Assembly (NCBI GenBank): GCA_036677555.1
Contig: JAVBWG010000008.1
Span: 5,453-69,452, forward strand
Source: Methanomassiliicoccales archaeon
GTDB lineage: Archaea; Thermoplasmatota; Thermoplasmata; Methanomassiliicoccales; UBA472
Length of the DNA: 64,000 nucleotides
Direction of reading: 5' to 3'
The notes below the pieces were generated by a model that did no database searches, was not told where the DNA came from, and was given only the letters and a program-made list of their open reading frames with translations. Numbering within the stretch: position 1 is the first letter of the stretch; each line of letters begins with the position of its first letter. This document shows, piece after piece, positions 26,768-36,068 of the stretch. A program made the position numbers and the translations under genes.

Positions 26768-27705
26768 GCCGGGCAGGCCTTGGTCTCAGGGACCTTGTGC
26801 AGCTCCTCCATGACCTTTTTCGCTCCGGAGACGTCCTGGGGGTCGAGCTTCAGAGCGGCATCCAGAAGCTGGTCCGCCTCGGCGATGCTGCCCTTGTTGG
26901 CCATGACCACCGCCATCTTGACCATGAAGTTGGTGCGCTTGCGGTCGAAGTTGGTGTAGTGGATGGCGGTCTTGAACGCCTCCACCGCCTCATCCAGCTG
27001 GCCTATCTTGAGCAATCCGTCACCGAGCCGGGCGTAACGGGCGGATCGCGTTTCAGGCGCCGCATCGAGCTCGGCGGTCTTCCTGAGGGTCTCTACCATC
27101 AGGACCAATGAGGCAGGGACCTCGATCTGGGTCCCGCACTTGCCGCAGCAGCTCTCGTTCTCCTTGACCTTGGTCCCGCACTTGCCGCAGAACTTGGGAA
27201 GGCGGGCTCCGCAGTCGGGGCACAGGGTCCACTCCGATTCGACGACCGCCTTGCACTTGGGGCATTGGGCGCCAGCCTTCACCGTCACCGAGGAGAAGCG
27301 CTTCAGGGCGGCCGCCACCTCTTCCTTGCTGGGCATGAAGTAGGGCTTGTAAACATATACCAATGCCAGGGCGAGCCCCTCGATCCCCATGGCCACCAGG
27401 TTGAGCAGCTGCACCAGGTCTTCGGTCAGGTAAAGGGCTATGAGCCTCATGACCAGGGCGACAGACAGGGCCTTCACTACGCCCGGCCACTCGCCAACCT
27501 GGGTGGTGGCGATGGTGCGGGACATGGATATCTCCCAGATCCCCACCACGGTGAACAGCAGCATCAGGATTATCCCGAAGACGGTGCTCACGGACCTGAA
27601 GAGGAATATGGCCGTGGCCGGGGACAGGATCAGGATGAGTCCAGCGAAGATCAGGCCTATGGCCGGCAACAACAGAACGGGCTTCTTCACCTTCAATGCA
27701 AACAC
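26764..27705 (-). CDS. Membrane protein with double zinc ribbon and C-terminal TPR-like repeats
   Basis: ~4 N-terminal TM helices; CPKC..CPDCG..CGKCG..CGKCG cluster; then TPR-like helices (ARLGDGLLKIGQLDEAVEAFKTAI). Confidence 0.65.
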   Translation of the reverse strand: MFALKVKKPVLLLPAIGLIFAGLILILSPATAIFLFRSVSTVFGIILMLLFTVVGIWEISMSRTIATTQVGEWPGVVKALSVALVMRLIALYLTEDLVQLLNLVAMGIEGLALALVYVYKPYFMPSKEEVAAALKRFSSVTVKAGAQCPKCKAVVESEWTLCPDCGARLPKFCGKCGTKVKENESCCGKCGTQIEVPASLVLMVETLRKTAELDAAPETRSARYARLGDGLLKIGQLDEAVEAFKTAIHYTNFDRKRTNFMVKMAVVMANKGSIAEADQLLDAALKLDPQDVSGAKKVMEELHKVPETKACPA

Positions 27706-27764
27706 CTCTCGCGGGCGCCGGAGCGCACTCCTTTAAAAGGTTAAGAAAATAAGAGGTTTGCGGG

Positions 27765-28712
27765 TCAGAGCTGTATCTCTATGCCCAACTTGTCGGTCAG
27801 CTCCTTGTAGCGGTTGCGGATGGTGACCTCGGTTACGCCGGCTATGTCGGCCACCTCCCGCTGGGTACGCCTCTCGTTGCACAGGATGCTGGCGATATAG
27901 ATGGCCGCCGCGGCGACGCCGGTTGGGCCGCGCCCGGAGGTCAGCTCCTTCTTGTTGGCGTCCTTCAGGATGTCCGCCGCCTTGGCCTGGACGTCACCGC
28001 TCAGCTTGAGCTCGGAGCAGAACCTCTGCACATAGTCCTGGGGCTTGGTGGGCATCAGCTTGAGGGAAAGCTCCCTGGTCATGAAACGGTAGGTGCGGCC
28101 GATCTCCTTGCGGCCGACGCGGCTGGAGCTGGCAACCTCGTCCAGAGTACGGGGGACATTGCACTGCCGGCAGGCGGCGTACAGCGACGCGGCTACGACG
28201 CCCTCTATGCTCCTTCCGCGTATCAGGTTCTTGTTGACGGCCTTGCGGTAGACCATGGCGGCCGTCTCGCGCACGTTACGGGGCAGACCCATGGCCGAGG
28301 CCATGCGGTCCAGTTCGCTCAAGGCGAAGGCCAGGTTCCTCTCGGTGGCGTTGGAGACGCGTATCCTCCGCTGCCACTTCCGGAGGCGGTAGAGCTGGGC
28401 GCGGTTCCTGGTGGGAATGCTCTTTCCATAAGAGTCCTTGTTCTTCCAGGAGATCTCGGTGGACAGCCCCTTGTCGTGGATGGTGTAGGTCATCGGCGCG
28501 CCGGTCCTGGCGCGCTTTTCGCCCTGCTCCACGTCGAAGGCCCTCCACTCCGGGCCGAGATCTATGAACTGGTCGTCGATCACCAATCCGCACTCCTCGC
28601 AGATCAGCTCGCCCCGCTCATAGTCCCTGACCAGGTGCCCGCTGTTACACTCCGGGCACCGGGTTATTTCCTCTGCCGATTCCTTTTTGTTTGCCATGGT
28701 TTTCGACCCCAT
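27765..28712 (-). CDS. tfb: Transcription initiation factor IIB (TFB)
   Basis: Zn ribbon CPECNS...CEECGLVI, B-reader, two cyclin folds ([34 protein letters not shown]). Alternative ATG at 28697. Confidence 0.95.
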   Translation of the reverse strand: MGSKTMANKKESAEEITRCPECNSGHLVRDYERGELICEECGLVIDDQFIDLGPEWRAFDVEQGEKRARTGAPMTYTIHDKGLSTEISWKNKDSYGKSIPTRNRAQLYRLRKWQRRIRVSNATERNLAFALSELDRMASAMGLPRNVRETAAMVYRKAVNKNLIRGRSIEGVVAASLYAACRQCNVPRTLDEVASSSRVGRKEIGRTYRFMTRELSLKLMPTKPQDYVQRFCSELKLSGDVQAKAADILKDANKKELTSGRGPTGVAAAAIYIASILCNERRTQREVADIAGVTEVTIRNRYKELTDKLGIEIQL

Positions 28713-28932
28713 CGATATAGACCTGCTTTCCAGTCACGGACAGCAGGCTGGTGTCTCCGGTCGGTTCGACGGTCACATAGGGGGAGTCCACCGGACCGAA
28801 GATCCTCACGATCCTGCCCAGAGGCCTCTTGCGGTTGTCGAACACAGCATCTTTCAGCTTGGGTGTGAAGGCGGCGCGCACCACCAGTTTACCGTCCACG
28901 GTCACTTCCTGCACGTTCCCAAGAAATTGCAT
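28645..28932 (-). CDS. gar1: H/ACA RNP component Gar1
   Basis: 95 aa. [17 protein letters not shown]...[20 protein letters not shown] matches the Gar1 barrel. 3' end overlaps the tfb start by 53-68 nt. Confidence 0.75.
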   Translation of the reverse strand: MQFLGNVQEVTVDGKLVVRAAFTPKLKDAVFDNRKRPLGRIVRIFGPVDSPYVTVEPTGDTSLLSVTGKQVYIDGVENHGKQKGIGRGNNPVPGV

Positions 28933-29083
28933 GATGAACCCTATACGCCGATGTTAACCGGTGTTGAGGAAGAGGATAAGAAATTAAGTATTTGAACATT
29001 ACGCAAAGGTATATTAATAAGACAGCTCAAGGCATTTAATCTTTCCTAGATTTTCCCGTCTCTGATGATATTTAACCCTATCA

Positions 29084-29914
29084 TTGACGGCTTTTCATCA
29101 TGTGCTGGAACCATGGCGCACAGTTTATGTCGGAGCAAGCTCTCTACGGCGCGTGAAGATATCCAAGGACCACCCCCGGTACCGCTCGTTGGTCACCAGG
29201 GAGCGAATGGCGGCCATGGTGGAGCAGGGCATCGTGTCCTCCACCGGCCTCATCGCCCACGGGCGGGGCGAGGCCTTCGATTACCTTTTGGGGGAGATCA
29301 CCGTTCCCGAGGCGGACCTGGCGGAGAAGGCCGCCGCCGCGCTGCTCTTGCAGGCCAGGCATCCGGTCATCACCATCAACGGCAACGCCGCCGCTTTGGC
29401 CGCCAGGGAGCTTGGCGAACTGGCCAAGGCGACCGGCGCTTTGGTGGAGGTCAATCTGTTCCACCGCAGCGAGGAACGCCTGCAGAAAGTGTGCGATTTC
29501 GTCGAGAGGGAGATGGAAATGAAGGTGCTGGGAAGGGAGCAGGACGCGATGCTGGAAGGCATAGCCTCCGACCGGGCGCGTTGCACCGGCCAAGGCATTC
29601 TCGCCGCCGACGTGGTCCTCATCCCGCTGGAGGACGGGGACCGGGCGGAGGCCATGGCCAAGGCCGGGAAGAAGGTCATATCGATAGACCTGAATCCATT
29701 GTCGCGCACCACCCTGGCCGCGGAGGTGGCGGTGGTGGACGAGATCACCCGGGCCGTGCCGAACATGGTAAGGTGGGCGAACGAGCTCATTAAAGAGCCG
29801 CAGGAGGCGAGGGCCGTCCTGTCGGCATTCCGGAACGTGGAGAACCTGGCCGCCGTCAAAAGACGCATATGCCAGGGATTGGAGAATGGTGCCGCTGATC
29901 GATCGGAGCGATGA
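29084..29914 (+). CDS. 4-phosphopantoate--beta-alanine ligase (archaeal phosphopantothenate synthetase, COG1701)
   Basis: ISKDHPRYRSLVTRE...GLIAHGRGEAFDYLLGE, the signature I recall for this archaeal CoA-pathway family. True start uncertain (TTG 29084 or a downstream GTG). Confidence 0.7.
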   Translation: MTAFHHVLEPWRTVYVGASSLRRVKISKDHPRYRSLVTRERMAAMVEQGIVSSTGLIAHGRGEAFDYLLGEITVPEADLAEKAAAALLLQARHPVITINGNAAALAARELGELAKATGALVEVNLFHRSEERLQKVCDFVEREMEMKVLGREQDAMLEGIASDRARCTGQGILAADVVLIPLEDGDRAEAMAKAGKKVISIDLNPLSRTTLAAEVAVVDEITRAVPNMVRWANELIKEPQEARAVLSAFRNVENLAAVKRRICQGLENGAADRSER

Positions 29915-31161
29915 ACATGGAAGATGAACTGCTGTTGAAGGGCTCGCGCCGCCTGGGATGGGCGGAGGCGCACATGTCTGTGATAAGGGAGGTCGGGGAG
30001 AGGATGCGTCAGGAAGGCTCCCTGAAAGGAACGAAGGTGGGCATGGCCCTGCACGTGGAAGCCAAGACCGGAATGCTGGCGGTAACCCTGGCCAGGGCCG
30101 GGGCGAAGGTACGGTTGGCAAGCTGCAACCCCCTGTCCACCGACGACTCGGTCGCTCTGGCCTTGAAAAAGGAAAGGGGGATAGAGGTCTTCGCCAAGAA
30201 GGGGGAGAGCAACAGCGAGTACTATGAGAATCTGAACGCAGTGCTGGACATGAGGCCAGATTTCGTCATTGACGACGGGGCGGACCTCATAACCATGCTG
30301 CACACCTCCCGGCGGGAGCAGCTCGATGAGGTAAAGGGGGGCAATGAGGAGACCACCACCGGGGTGATCCGACTGAAGGCCATGGCCGCCGAGGGAAGGC
30401 TCAACTTCCCGGTCATGGCGGTGAACGATGCCAGGATGAAGTACCTGTTCGACAACCGCTACGGCACGGGGCAGAGCACCTTCGACGGGTTCATGAACGC
30501 CACCAACCTGCTCATCGCCGGCAAGACCCTGGTCGTCGCCGGCTACGGCTGGTGCGGGCGCGGGGTGGCCATGCGCGCAAAGGGCATGGGTGCCATCGTC
30601 ATAGTCACCGAGGTGGACCCGATACGGGCGATCGAGGCCCGCCTGGACGGTTTCCAGGTCATGCCCATGGCCGAGGCCGCTCGCCAGGCGGACATTGTGA
30701 TAACGGTCACCGGCTGCAAGGACGCGGTGCGTGAAGAGCATCTGTTGGCCATGAAGGACGGCTGCGTTCTCGGGAACTCAGGCCACTTCGACAACGAGGT
30801 GTCCAAGAAGGCCTTGGAGGCCATGTCCTCCCGTAAGGAGAGGGTGAGGGAGCATGTGGACCGCTACGACCTCAGGGACGGGCGGAAGCTGTATCTGGTG
30901 GGCGAAGGCCGCCTGATGAACCTGGCCGCCGGGCAGGGCCATCCGGTGGAGATCATGGACATGAGCTTCTCCATACAAGCGCTGGCCTTGGAGCACCTGG
31001 TCCGCAACCACTCCAACATGGAGGGTAACGTGTATCCGGTCCCCCCGGAGATGGATGACCTGGTCGCGCGCATCAAGCTGCGCACCATGGGCCTGGCGAT
31101 CGATTCGCTCACCGCGGAGCAGGTCAAGTACCTCAGCGACTGGAAGGAGGGCACGCAGTGA
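29911..31161 (+). CDS. ahcY: Adenosylhomocysteinase (SAH / S-inosylhomocysteine hydrolase)
   Basis: 416 aa. SCNPLSTDD, ETTTGV, NAD-binding GYGWCGRG; ATGA overlap with upstream gene. Confidence 0.95.
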   Translation: MNMEDELLLKGSRRLGWAEAHMSVIREVGERMRQEGSLKGTKVGMALHVEAKTGMLAVTLARAGAKVRLASCNPLSTDDSVALALKKERGIEVFAKKGESNSEYYENLNAVLDMRPDFVIDDGADLITMLHTSRREQLDEVKGGNEETTTGVIRLKAMAAEGRLNFPVMAVNDARMKYLFDNRYGTGQSTFDGFMNATNLLIAGKTLVVAGYGWCGRGVAMRAKGMGAIVIVTEVDPIRAIEARLDGFQVMPMAEAARQADIVITVTGCKDAVREEHLLAMKDGCVLGNSGHFDNEVSKKALEAMSSRKERVREHVDRYDLRDGRKLYLVGEGRLMNLAAGQGHPVEIMDMSFSIQALALEHLVRNHSNMEGNVYPVPPEMDDLVARIKLRTMGLAIDSLTAEQVKYLSDWKEGTQ

Positions 31162-32078
31162 GGCCCTTCCTGTGCGTGTACGGGCACACCAACATAGACC
31201 ACCTGCTCACGCTCAAGGAGCTTCCGGAGCGGAACACCTCCTCCAACGTCCTCCAGAAGAAGCTGTTCTTCGGGGGCACAGGAGCGAACGTGGCGACCAT
31301 GGCCTCCGCCCTGGGCGTCCCCACCGCACTGGTGTCCTACGTGGGAAAGGACCTCCCCCCGGAATTCCGGGGGCTGATGGAGTCCAAAGGGGTGATACTG
31401 GACGAGCTGGTGGAGGTGGAGGGGAAGGAGACCCCTACGGTGTGGATAGCCACGGACGAGAGGGAGGACCAGGTGGCGTACGTCTACCAGGGGGCCATGG
31501 CCGATATGGCCTCCTATCCCCTCATGATGAAGGGGGCCAAGGAGGCGCTGGCGATACACCTCATGACCGGCTCCCCGGATTATTACCTGAAGCTGCTGGC
31601 CCAGCATTCCCTGCTGCGCAAGAGGCGGGCGCTGGACCCGGCGCAGGAGATCCACCACGTCTGGGATGCGGAGCGTTTCAACAGGGCGCTGGGATACACG
31701 GACATGCTGTTCTGCAACCGGAACGAGCTGGCCACCGCGCTGAGGTACGCGGGAAAGAATGACGCGGGGGAGCTGCTGGACACCTACCGGAGCATGCAGG
31801 TGGTGGTCAACACGCTGGGCGGACAGGGGGCCAAGATATTCAGCAGGAACGAGGTCCTCGACATTCCGGCGTACAAGGTCGAAACGGTGGACCCCACGGG
31901 GGCCGGGGATGCCTTCCGGGCCGGCTTCTATGCCGGGCTGTATCGTGGGAAGGGATGGATGGAATGCGGGGTCTTGGGCTGCTCAGCCGCTTCGTTCGCC
32001 GTCTCCTCGCAGGGTTCCCTGACGCGAATACCCGACTGGGGCATGGTGGAGGAAAGGGCGAGGTCTCTGCTGCGATAG
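31158..32078 (+). CDS. PfkB-family carbohydrate/nucleoside kinase
   Basis: 306 aa. GGTGANVA and DPTGAGDAFRAGF motifs; GTGA overlap with ahcY stop suggests an adenosine/inosine-type kinase (inference). Confidence 0.8.
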   Translation: MRPFLCVYGHTNIDHLLTLKELPERNTSSNVLQKKLFFGGTGANVATMASALGVPTALVSYVGKDLPPEFRGLMESKGVILDELVEVEGKETPTVWIATDEREDQVAYVYQGAMADMASYPLMMKGAKEALAIHLMTGSPDYYLKLLAQHSLLRKRRALDPAQEIHHVWDAERFNRALGYTDMLFCNRNELATALRYAGKNDAGELLDTYRSMQVVVNTLGGQGAKIFSRNEVLDIPAYKVETVDPTGAGDAFRAGFYAGLYRGKGWMECGVLGCSAASFAVSSQGSLTRIPDWGMVEERARSLLR

Positions 32079-32284
32079 GGGCATCTGGACATCCCCCGGT
32101 GATGCGGGCGATCGGAGGAAAATTATAATAAGTGAAAAAACCTGTAGGACGCCCTAGGTGAACGAATGGCGCAGGGTGCGCTCCGTCCCTTCAGGCCTCG
32201 CCAAGCTAGGCCATGGGTCGGGAACGCCGCCAACTGGTCATCGACACCGATCCAAGGATGAATATCAACGAAAGGTGATCAAGA

Positions 32285-32581
32285 ATGGATCTGATGGAAT
32301 TCCTCACGGTGCTCCTGCTGACCTTCAGCCTGGTAATGATACTGGCTGGAGCCTTCACGGCCTACTTCGGAAGCGGCAAGAGCAGGATGATAGGTGTCGT
32401 CTTGTTGGTTATCGGTTTGATCGTGGGCGTAGTCTGGGGATACCTCGGATACGCTGACATGGCTGGAGTCGAGGTCGACATATCCGAAGTGATATGGGTG
32501 GCCGTCGTCAACATCCTGGCCGCTCTGATCGGCGCCCTGGTGGCGGTCGGCGCGTTCCTGCTGGCCATCATGAAGAGCTGA
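32285..32581 (+). CDS. Small membrane protein (3 TM), unknown function
   Basis: 98 aa; SD AGGTGA 6 nt upstream of ATG; three hydrophobic helices. Confidence 0.6.
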   Translation: MDLMEFLTVLLLTFSLVMILAGAFTAYFGSGKSRMIGVVLLVIGLIVGVVWGYLGYADMAGVEVDISEVIWVAVVNILAALIGALVAVGAFLLAIMKS

Positions 32582-32601
32582 AAACCCTTAACTTCCCTTC
32601 C

Positions 32602-32630
32602 TTTGCCTCCTCCGGAGGCAAATCCTTTTT
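32602..32630 (+). terminator. Perfect 9-bp hairpin followed by T6
   Basis: TTTGCCTCC-TCC-GGAGGCAAA then TCCTTTTTT, 20 nt after the 32581 stop. Confidence 0.6.
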
Positions 32631-32654
32631 TATTTGAACTCTGTCAGTGACCCA

Positions 32655-33122
32655 ATGGCTTCGGTTCTGATCATTCTCGGGAGCAAGAGCGACGCGGAGG
32701 TGGGCCGCAAGGCCCTGGACGTTCTGAAGCGCTTCGGTGTGGAGGCGGAAATGATAGTGGCCTCGGCCCACCGCACCCCTGACCGGGTGAAGCTCATGGT
32801 GGAGCAGAGCGGGGCGGACGTATTCATAGCCATAGCCGGTCTCGCCGCCGCTCTCCCCGGGGCGGTGGCGTCGTTCACCAGCAGGCCCGTGATCGGGGTC
32901 CCGGTGTCCGGCAAGCTGGGCCTGGATTCCATCCTTTCCATAGTGCAGATGCCCCCCGGCATCCCGGTGGCCTGCGTGGGCCTGGACCGAGGGGACAACG
33001 CGGCGCTTCTGGCGGTCTCCATGCTCTCCATCGGGGACCAGGGATTGGCCCAGGCGCTCTCCTCCTATCGCCGGGAGATGGCGGACAAGGTGGAGAGCGA
33101 TTCCAAGGAGGTGCAGGCCTGA
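32655..33122 (+). CDS. purE: N5-carboxyaminoimidazole ribonucleotide mutase
   Basis: Trimmed to ATG 32655. [13 protein letters not shown]...ASAHRTP...[12 protein letters not shown]...PVIGVPV motifs. Confidence 0.9.
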   Translation: MASVLIILGSKSDAEVGRKALDVLKRFGVEAEMIVASAHRTPDRVKLMVEQSGADVFIAIAGLAAALPGAVASFTSRPVIGVPVSGKLGLDSILSIVQMPPGIPVACVGLDRGDNAALLAVSMLSIGDQGLAQALSSYRREMADKVESDSKEVQA

Positions 33123-34069
33123 TGTTCGACCCCCAAGAGTTCGTGAAGGAGAAGATCGAGGAACTGAGGACCAAGATAACCGGCAAGGCCATCATCGCCT
33201 GCTCGGGCGGAGTGGACAGCACGGTCGCCGCGGTCCTGGTTGACCGGGCGATCGGCGACAGGCTGCTCACCGTCTATGTGGACACCGGCCTGATGCGCAA
33301 GGGGGAGACCGAGGACGTGAGGCGCATGTTCGACAATCTGAACGTGCACTACCGTCTCGTCGACGCCAAGGAGGAGTTCTTTGCCGCTCTCAAAGGCCAG
33401 ATAGACCCGGAGGCGAAGCGCAAGGTGATCGGGGAGAAGTTCATCCGGGTGTTCGAGCGGGAGGCCCTGGCGTTCGGTGCCGACCATCTCGTCCAGGGGA
33501 CCATCGCCCCTGACTGGATCGAGAGCGGCGACGGCGTCCGGGACACCATCAAAAGCCATCACAACGTCGGCGGGCTACCGAAGGACATGACCCTGAAGCT
33601 GGTGGAGCCGCTGTGGGACCTGTACAAGGACGAGGTGAGGGCCGTCGCGCGCTTCCTCGGCGTGGAGGTATCCGAGCGGCAGCCCTTCCCCGGCCCGGCC
33701 CTGGCAATCAGGGTCATCGGAGAGGTCAACCCGGAGTCGGTTAGCGTTGTCCGGGAGGCATGCGCCATCGTGGAGGAGGAGCTGGAGGCGGCCGCGGCCA
33801 AGGGAAGCATGGTCCGCCCCTGGCAGTACTTCGCCGTGCTGCTGCCTGTGCAGTCCGTGGGGGTTCAGGGGGACCGGCGGGCCTACGGACGGACGATAGC
33901 CATCCGCTCCGTGGAGTCGGTTGACGCCATGACCGCCTCCTTCTCCAAGATCCCGTACGACGTGCTGGAGCGCATATCCCTGCGCCTCACCAACGAGATG
34001 AAGGCCAACGTGAACCGCGTGGTGTACGATGTCACGCACAAGCCGCCGGCCACCATTGAGTGGGAGTGA
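33122..34069 (+). CDS. guaAB: GMP synthase subunit B (ATP pyrophosphatase)
   Basis: 315 aa. PP-loop SGGVDSTVAA, C-terminal dimerisation domain ending PPATIEWE. Confidence 0.9.
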   Translation: MFDPQEFVKEKIEELRTKITGKAIIACSGGVDSTVAAVLVDRAIGDRLLTVYVDTGLMRKGETEDVRRMFDNLNVHYRLVDAKEEFFAALKGQIDPEAKRKVIGEKFIRVFEREALAFGADHLVQGTIAPDWIESGDGVRDTIKSHHNVGGLPKDMTLKLVEPLWDLYKDEVRAVARFLGVEVSERQPFPGPALAIRVIGEVNPESVSVVREACAIVEEELEAAAAKGSMVRPWQYFAVLLPVQSVGVQGDRRAYGRTIAIRSVESVDAMTASFSKIPYDVLERISLRLTNEMKANVNRVVYDVTHKPPATIEWE

Positions 34070-34783
34070 TCACAGCAGCTCGTCCAGCTCCTTCCAGTCG
34101 TCGACGGTATGGTCGGGGACGATCGAATCGTCCGGCTGGAAGTAGCCGCTTTTCTTCAACACGGCCTTCATCCCGACCGATCTGGCGCCCCTGACGTCCG
34201 CCTGCAGCGAATTGCCGATGTAAATGGAGTCGCCCCTGTCGGCGCCAAGATTGAACATGGCCATCTTGAACATGCGCGGGTTCGGCTTCCGCAGACCGAC
34301 GTCGCTTGAGAATATCATATCATCGAAGAACTTCTCCAGGCCGAAGTGCTTCATGTCCCGCAGCGGATATTCCGAAGGCAATCCCCAGGCCACATCGGAG
34401 ATGAGGCCGATGGAGCAGCCGCGGTCGCGCACCCTCTGCAGCATCTCCAGCGTCCCAGGCACCAGGCTGCGGTCCTCCTTCAGCGCCTCGTAGAAGATCT
34501 CCATGCCATCCTGGATTAGCCCTTCGTCCACCCGGCAGCCGGCGGCGCCGAATATGCGGTCCAGCACATGTTCCAGCGGTATCTCGAGCATATCCTGGAG
34601 CTTGCGGTCCCGGTTGCCCTGCAGGGTGGCCAGCACCGACCGGCGGAACTCCGGCTCCTGCGTCCGCCCCCCGGTATCCGCGGCCAGACGGTAAAGGCGG
34701 CTGACTATCCGCTCCTCCGGCCCGGCCCAGTCGTGGTAGTAGTCGATCAGGGTGTGGCCCAGATCGAATATCACGGCCTTCAT
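34070..34783 (-). CDS. HAD-superfamily hydrolase (subfamily IA)
   Basis: MKAVIFDLGHTLIDY (motif I variant), SDV (motif II), K...GNSLQADV (motifs III/IV). Confidence 0.8.
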   Translation of the reverse strand: MKAVIFDLGHTLIDYYHDWAGPEERIVSRLYRLAADTGGRTQEPEFRRSVLATLQGNRDRKLQDMLEIPLEHVLDRIFGAAGCRVDEGLIQDGMEIFYEALKEDRSLVPGTLEMLQRVRDRGCSIGLISDVAWGLPSEYPLRDMKHFGLEKFFDDMIFSSDVGLRKPNPRMFKMAMFNLGADRGDSIYIGNSLQADVRGARSVGMKAVLKKSGYFQPDDSIVPDHTVDDWKELDELL

Positions 34784-34881
34784 GGCCTTTCCTAATGCAG
34801 AGGCCAGACATAATCATTTCCCGGAACGCTTCCGGGGGTCCGACCAATCGTTTTATACCGCAAATCGGTGATTCGGCCCCG

Positions 34882-35457
34882 ATGCGGGTCTACGTGGTGG
34901 ACAACGGGGGGCAGTGGACGCACCGGGAATGGCGCGTCCTGAAGTATCTCAAGGTGGAGACCAAGATAATCCCCAACACCACTCCGTTCGACCAGATAGG
35001 CCAGGTGGATGCCCTGGTTCTCTCAGGAGGGGCGCCGGACGTGGCCTCCGAGGCCGGGCGCATGGGCAACAACGGCGAGTACATCGACAAGGCCGATTTT
35101 CCAATACTGGGCATCTGTGCTGGTATGCAGTTCATGGCCACCCACTTCGGCGGCAGCACCGGTCCGGCGGTCCGGGCCGAGTTCGGCCGCACCCGCCTCT
35201 ATGTGGACTCGGAGGACCAGCTGTTCCGCGGCATTCCCAAGGAGTTCGACGTCTGGGAATCGCACAACGATGAGGTCAAGGTGGTTCCGGAGGGGTTCGA
35301 GGTGTTGGCGCACTCGGACACCTGCCATGTAGAGGCGATGCGCTCCCTGGAGCGTCCGCTGTACGCCGTGCAGTTCCATCCAGAGGTGGAGAACACCGAG
35401 CACGGGATGGAAATTTTCCGCAACTTCCTCAGGGCGGTGGAGGAATGGCACCGCTGA
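34882..35457 (+). CDS. guaAA: GMP synthase subunit A (glutamine amidotransferase)
   Basis: Trimmed to ATG 34882 (MRVYVVDNGGQWTHREWR). Catalytic GICAGMQ, HND and FHPE motifs. Confidence 0.9.
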   Translation: MRVYVVDNGGQWTHREWRVLKYLKVETKIIPNTTPFDQIGQVDALVLSGGAPDVASEAGRMGNNGEYIDKADFPILGICAGMQFMATHFGGSTGPAVRAEFGRTRLYVDSEDQLFRGIPKEFDVWESHNDEVKVVPEGFEVLAHSDTCHVEAMRSLERPLYAVQFHPEVENTEHGMEIFRNFLRAVEEWHR

Positions 35458-35663
35458 GGGAAGAGCTAAAAAAACCGCTATCGGACGCCCTGGACAAGCG
35501 GCGCCGGGACGACTCGCTGGAGACAGCGGTCGGCCGCGAGGTGCGCCGGGCGGGGCTGCAGTACCAGGATTACCTGGACATCATGGAGGCCGCGAGGGAG
35601 GTCGCCAGAAAGGAAAAGATGGACCTCTGGAAGGCGGCGAAGGCATTATTGGAACAGCAGTAG
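35445..35663 (+). CDS. Small charged helical protein, unknown function
   Basis: 72-aa ORF overlapping the guaAA stop by 13 nt; GC3-rich codon usage consistent with coding; no family recognised. Confidence 0.4.
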   Translation: MAPLREELKKPLSDALDKRRRDDSLETAVGREVRRAGLQYQDYLDIMEAAREVARKEKMDLWKAAKALLEQQ

Positions 35664-36017
35664 GATGATGATCATCAGGACGACCGCGGCAATGACCAAT
35701 GCCATGAGGGCGGTCCTGCGGTCGCTGCCCAGCGCTATCGGTATCGGTCCGATCAACACCACCCCGCCTACAGACGGCCGTTCCTGACGTCCTCCGGCCT
35801 GTTCGGGGGCAAGGGTGAAGAACGACAGGAAGATGACCACCACGGCCGCGAAGGCGAGAATCAGGGACGCCGCCCCGAAAGCCCCCTCTGCCTTCAGCAC
35901 CGGAAAAATCAGGAAGAGGCAGAACTCGATCTCCCCTCTGTCCCAGGCCATCCATCCCAGGGCAATGGAGGACAGCAGGAGCGCCAATGCCAGGGCCCAA
36001 ACCGATTCCCTTCTCAC
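35646..36017 (-). CDS. Small archaeal membrane protein (DUF131/TIGR00304-like)
   Basis: 123 aa, 3-4 TM, with VVLIGPIPIALGSD motif that I associate with that family. Confidence 0.55.
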   Translation of the reverse strand: MRRESVWALALALLLSSIALGWMAWDRGEIEFCLFLIFPVLKAEGAFGAASLILAFAAVVVIFLSFFTLAPEQAGGRQERPSVGGVVLIGPIPIALGSDRRTALMALVIAAVVLMIIILLLFQ

Positions 36018-36068
36018 GGATCATCATGGTTCCATACCATTTTTTACTTGCCCGTGCTTGATGACATC

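Noticed and set aside
29058-29100. C/D-box-like TGATGA motifs (also 43712-43722)
   Set aside because: There is no properly spaced CTGA D box or terminal stem within 50-70 nt. The first is better explained as an imperfect inverted repeat TGATGATA...TATCATTG in a promoter region.
29144-30741. 325-aa and 486-aa minus-strand ORFs opposite the phosphopantothenate synthetase and ahcY genes
   Set aside because: They are antisense to well-supported genes, Pro/Arg/Gly/Ala-rich and low-complexity, with no family motifs.
32158-32457. 99-aa ORF overlapping the leader and 5' part of the small membrane-protein gene
   Set aside because: It is an alternate frame of a gene with a good SD and TM helices, has GTG-start Arg/Gly-rich composition, and is likely spurious.
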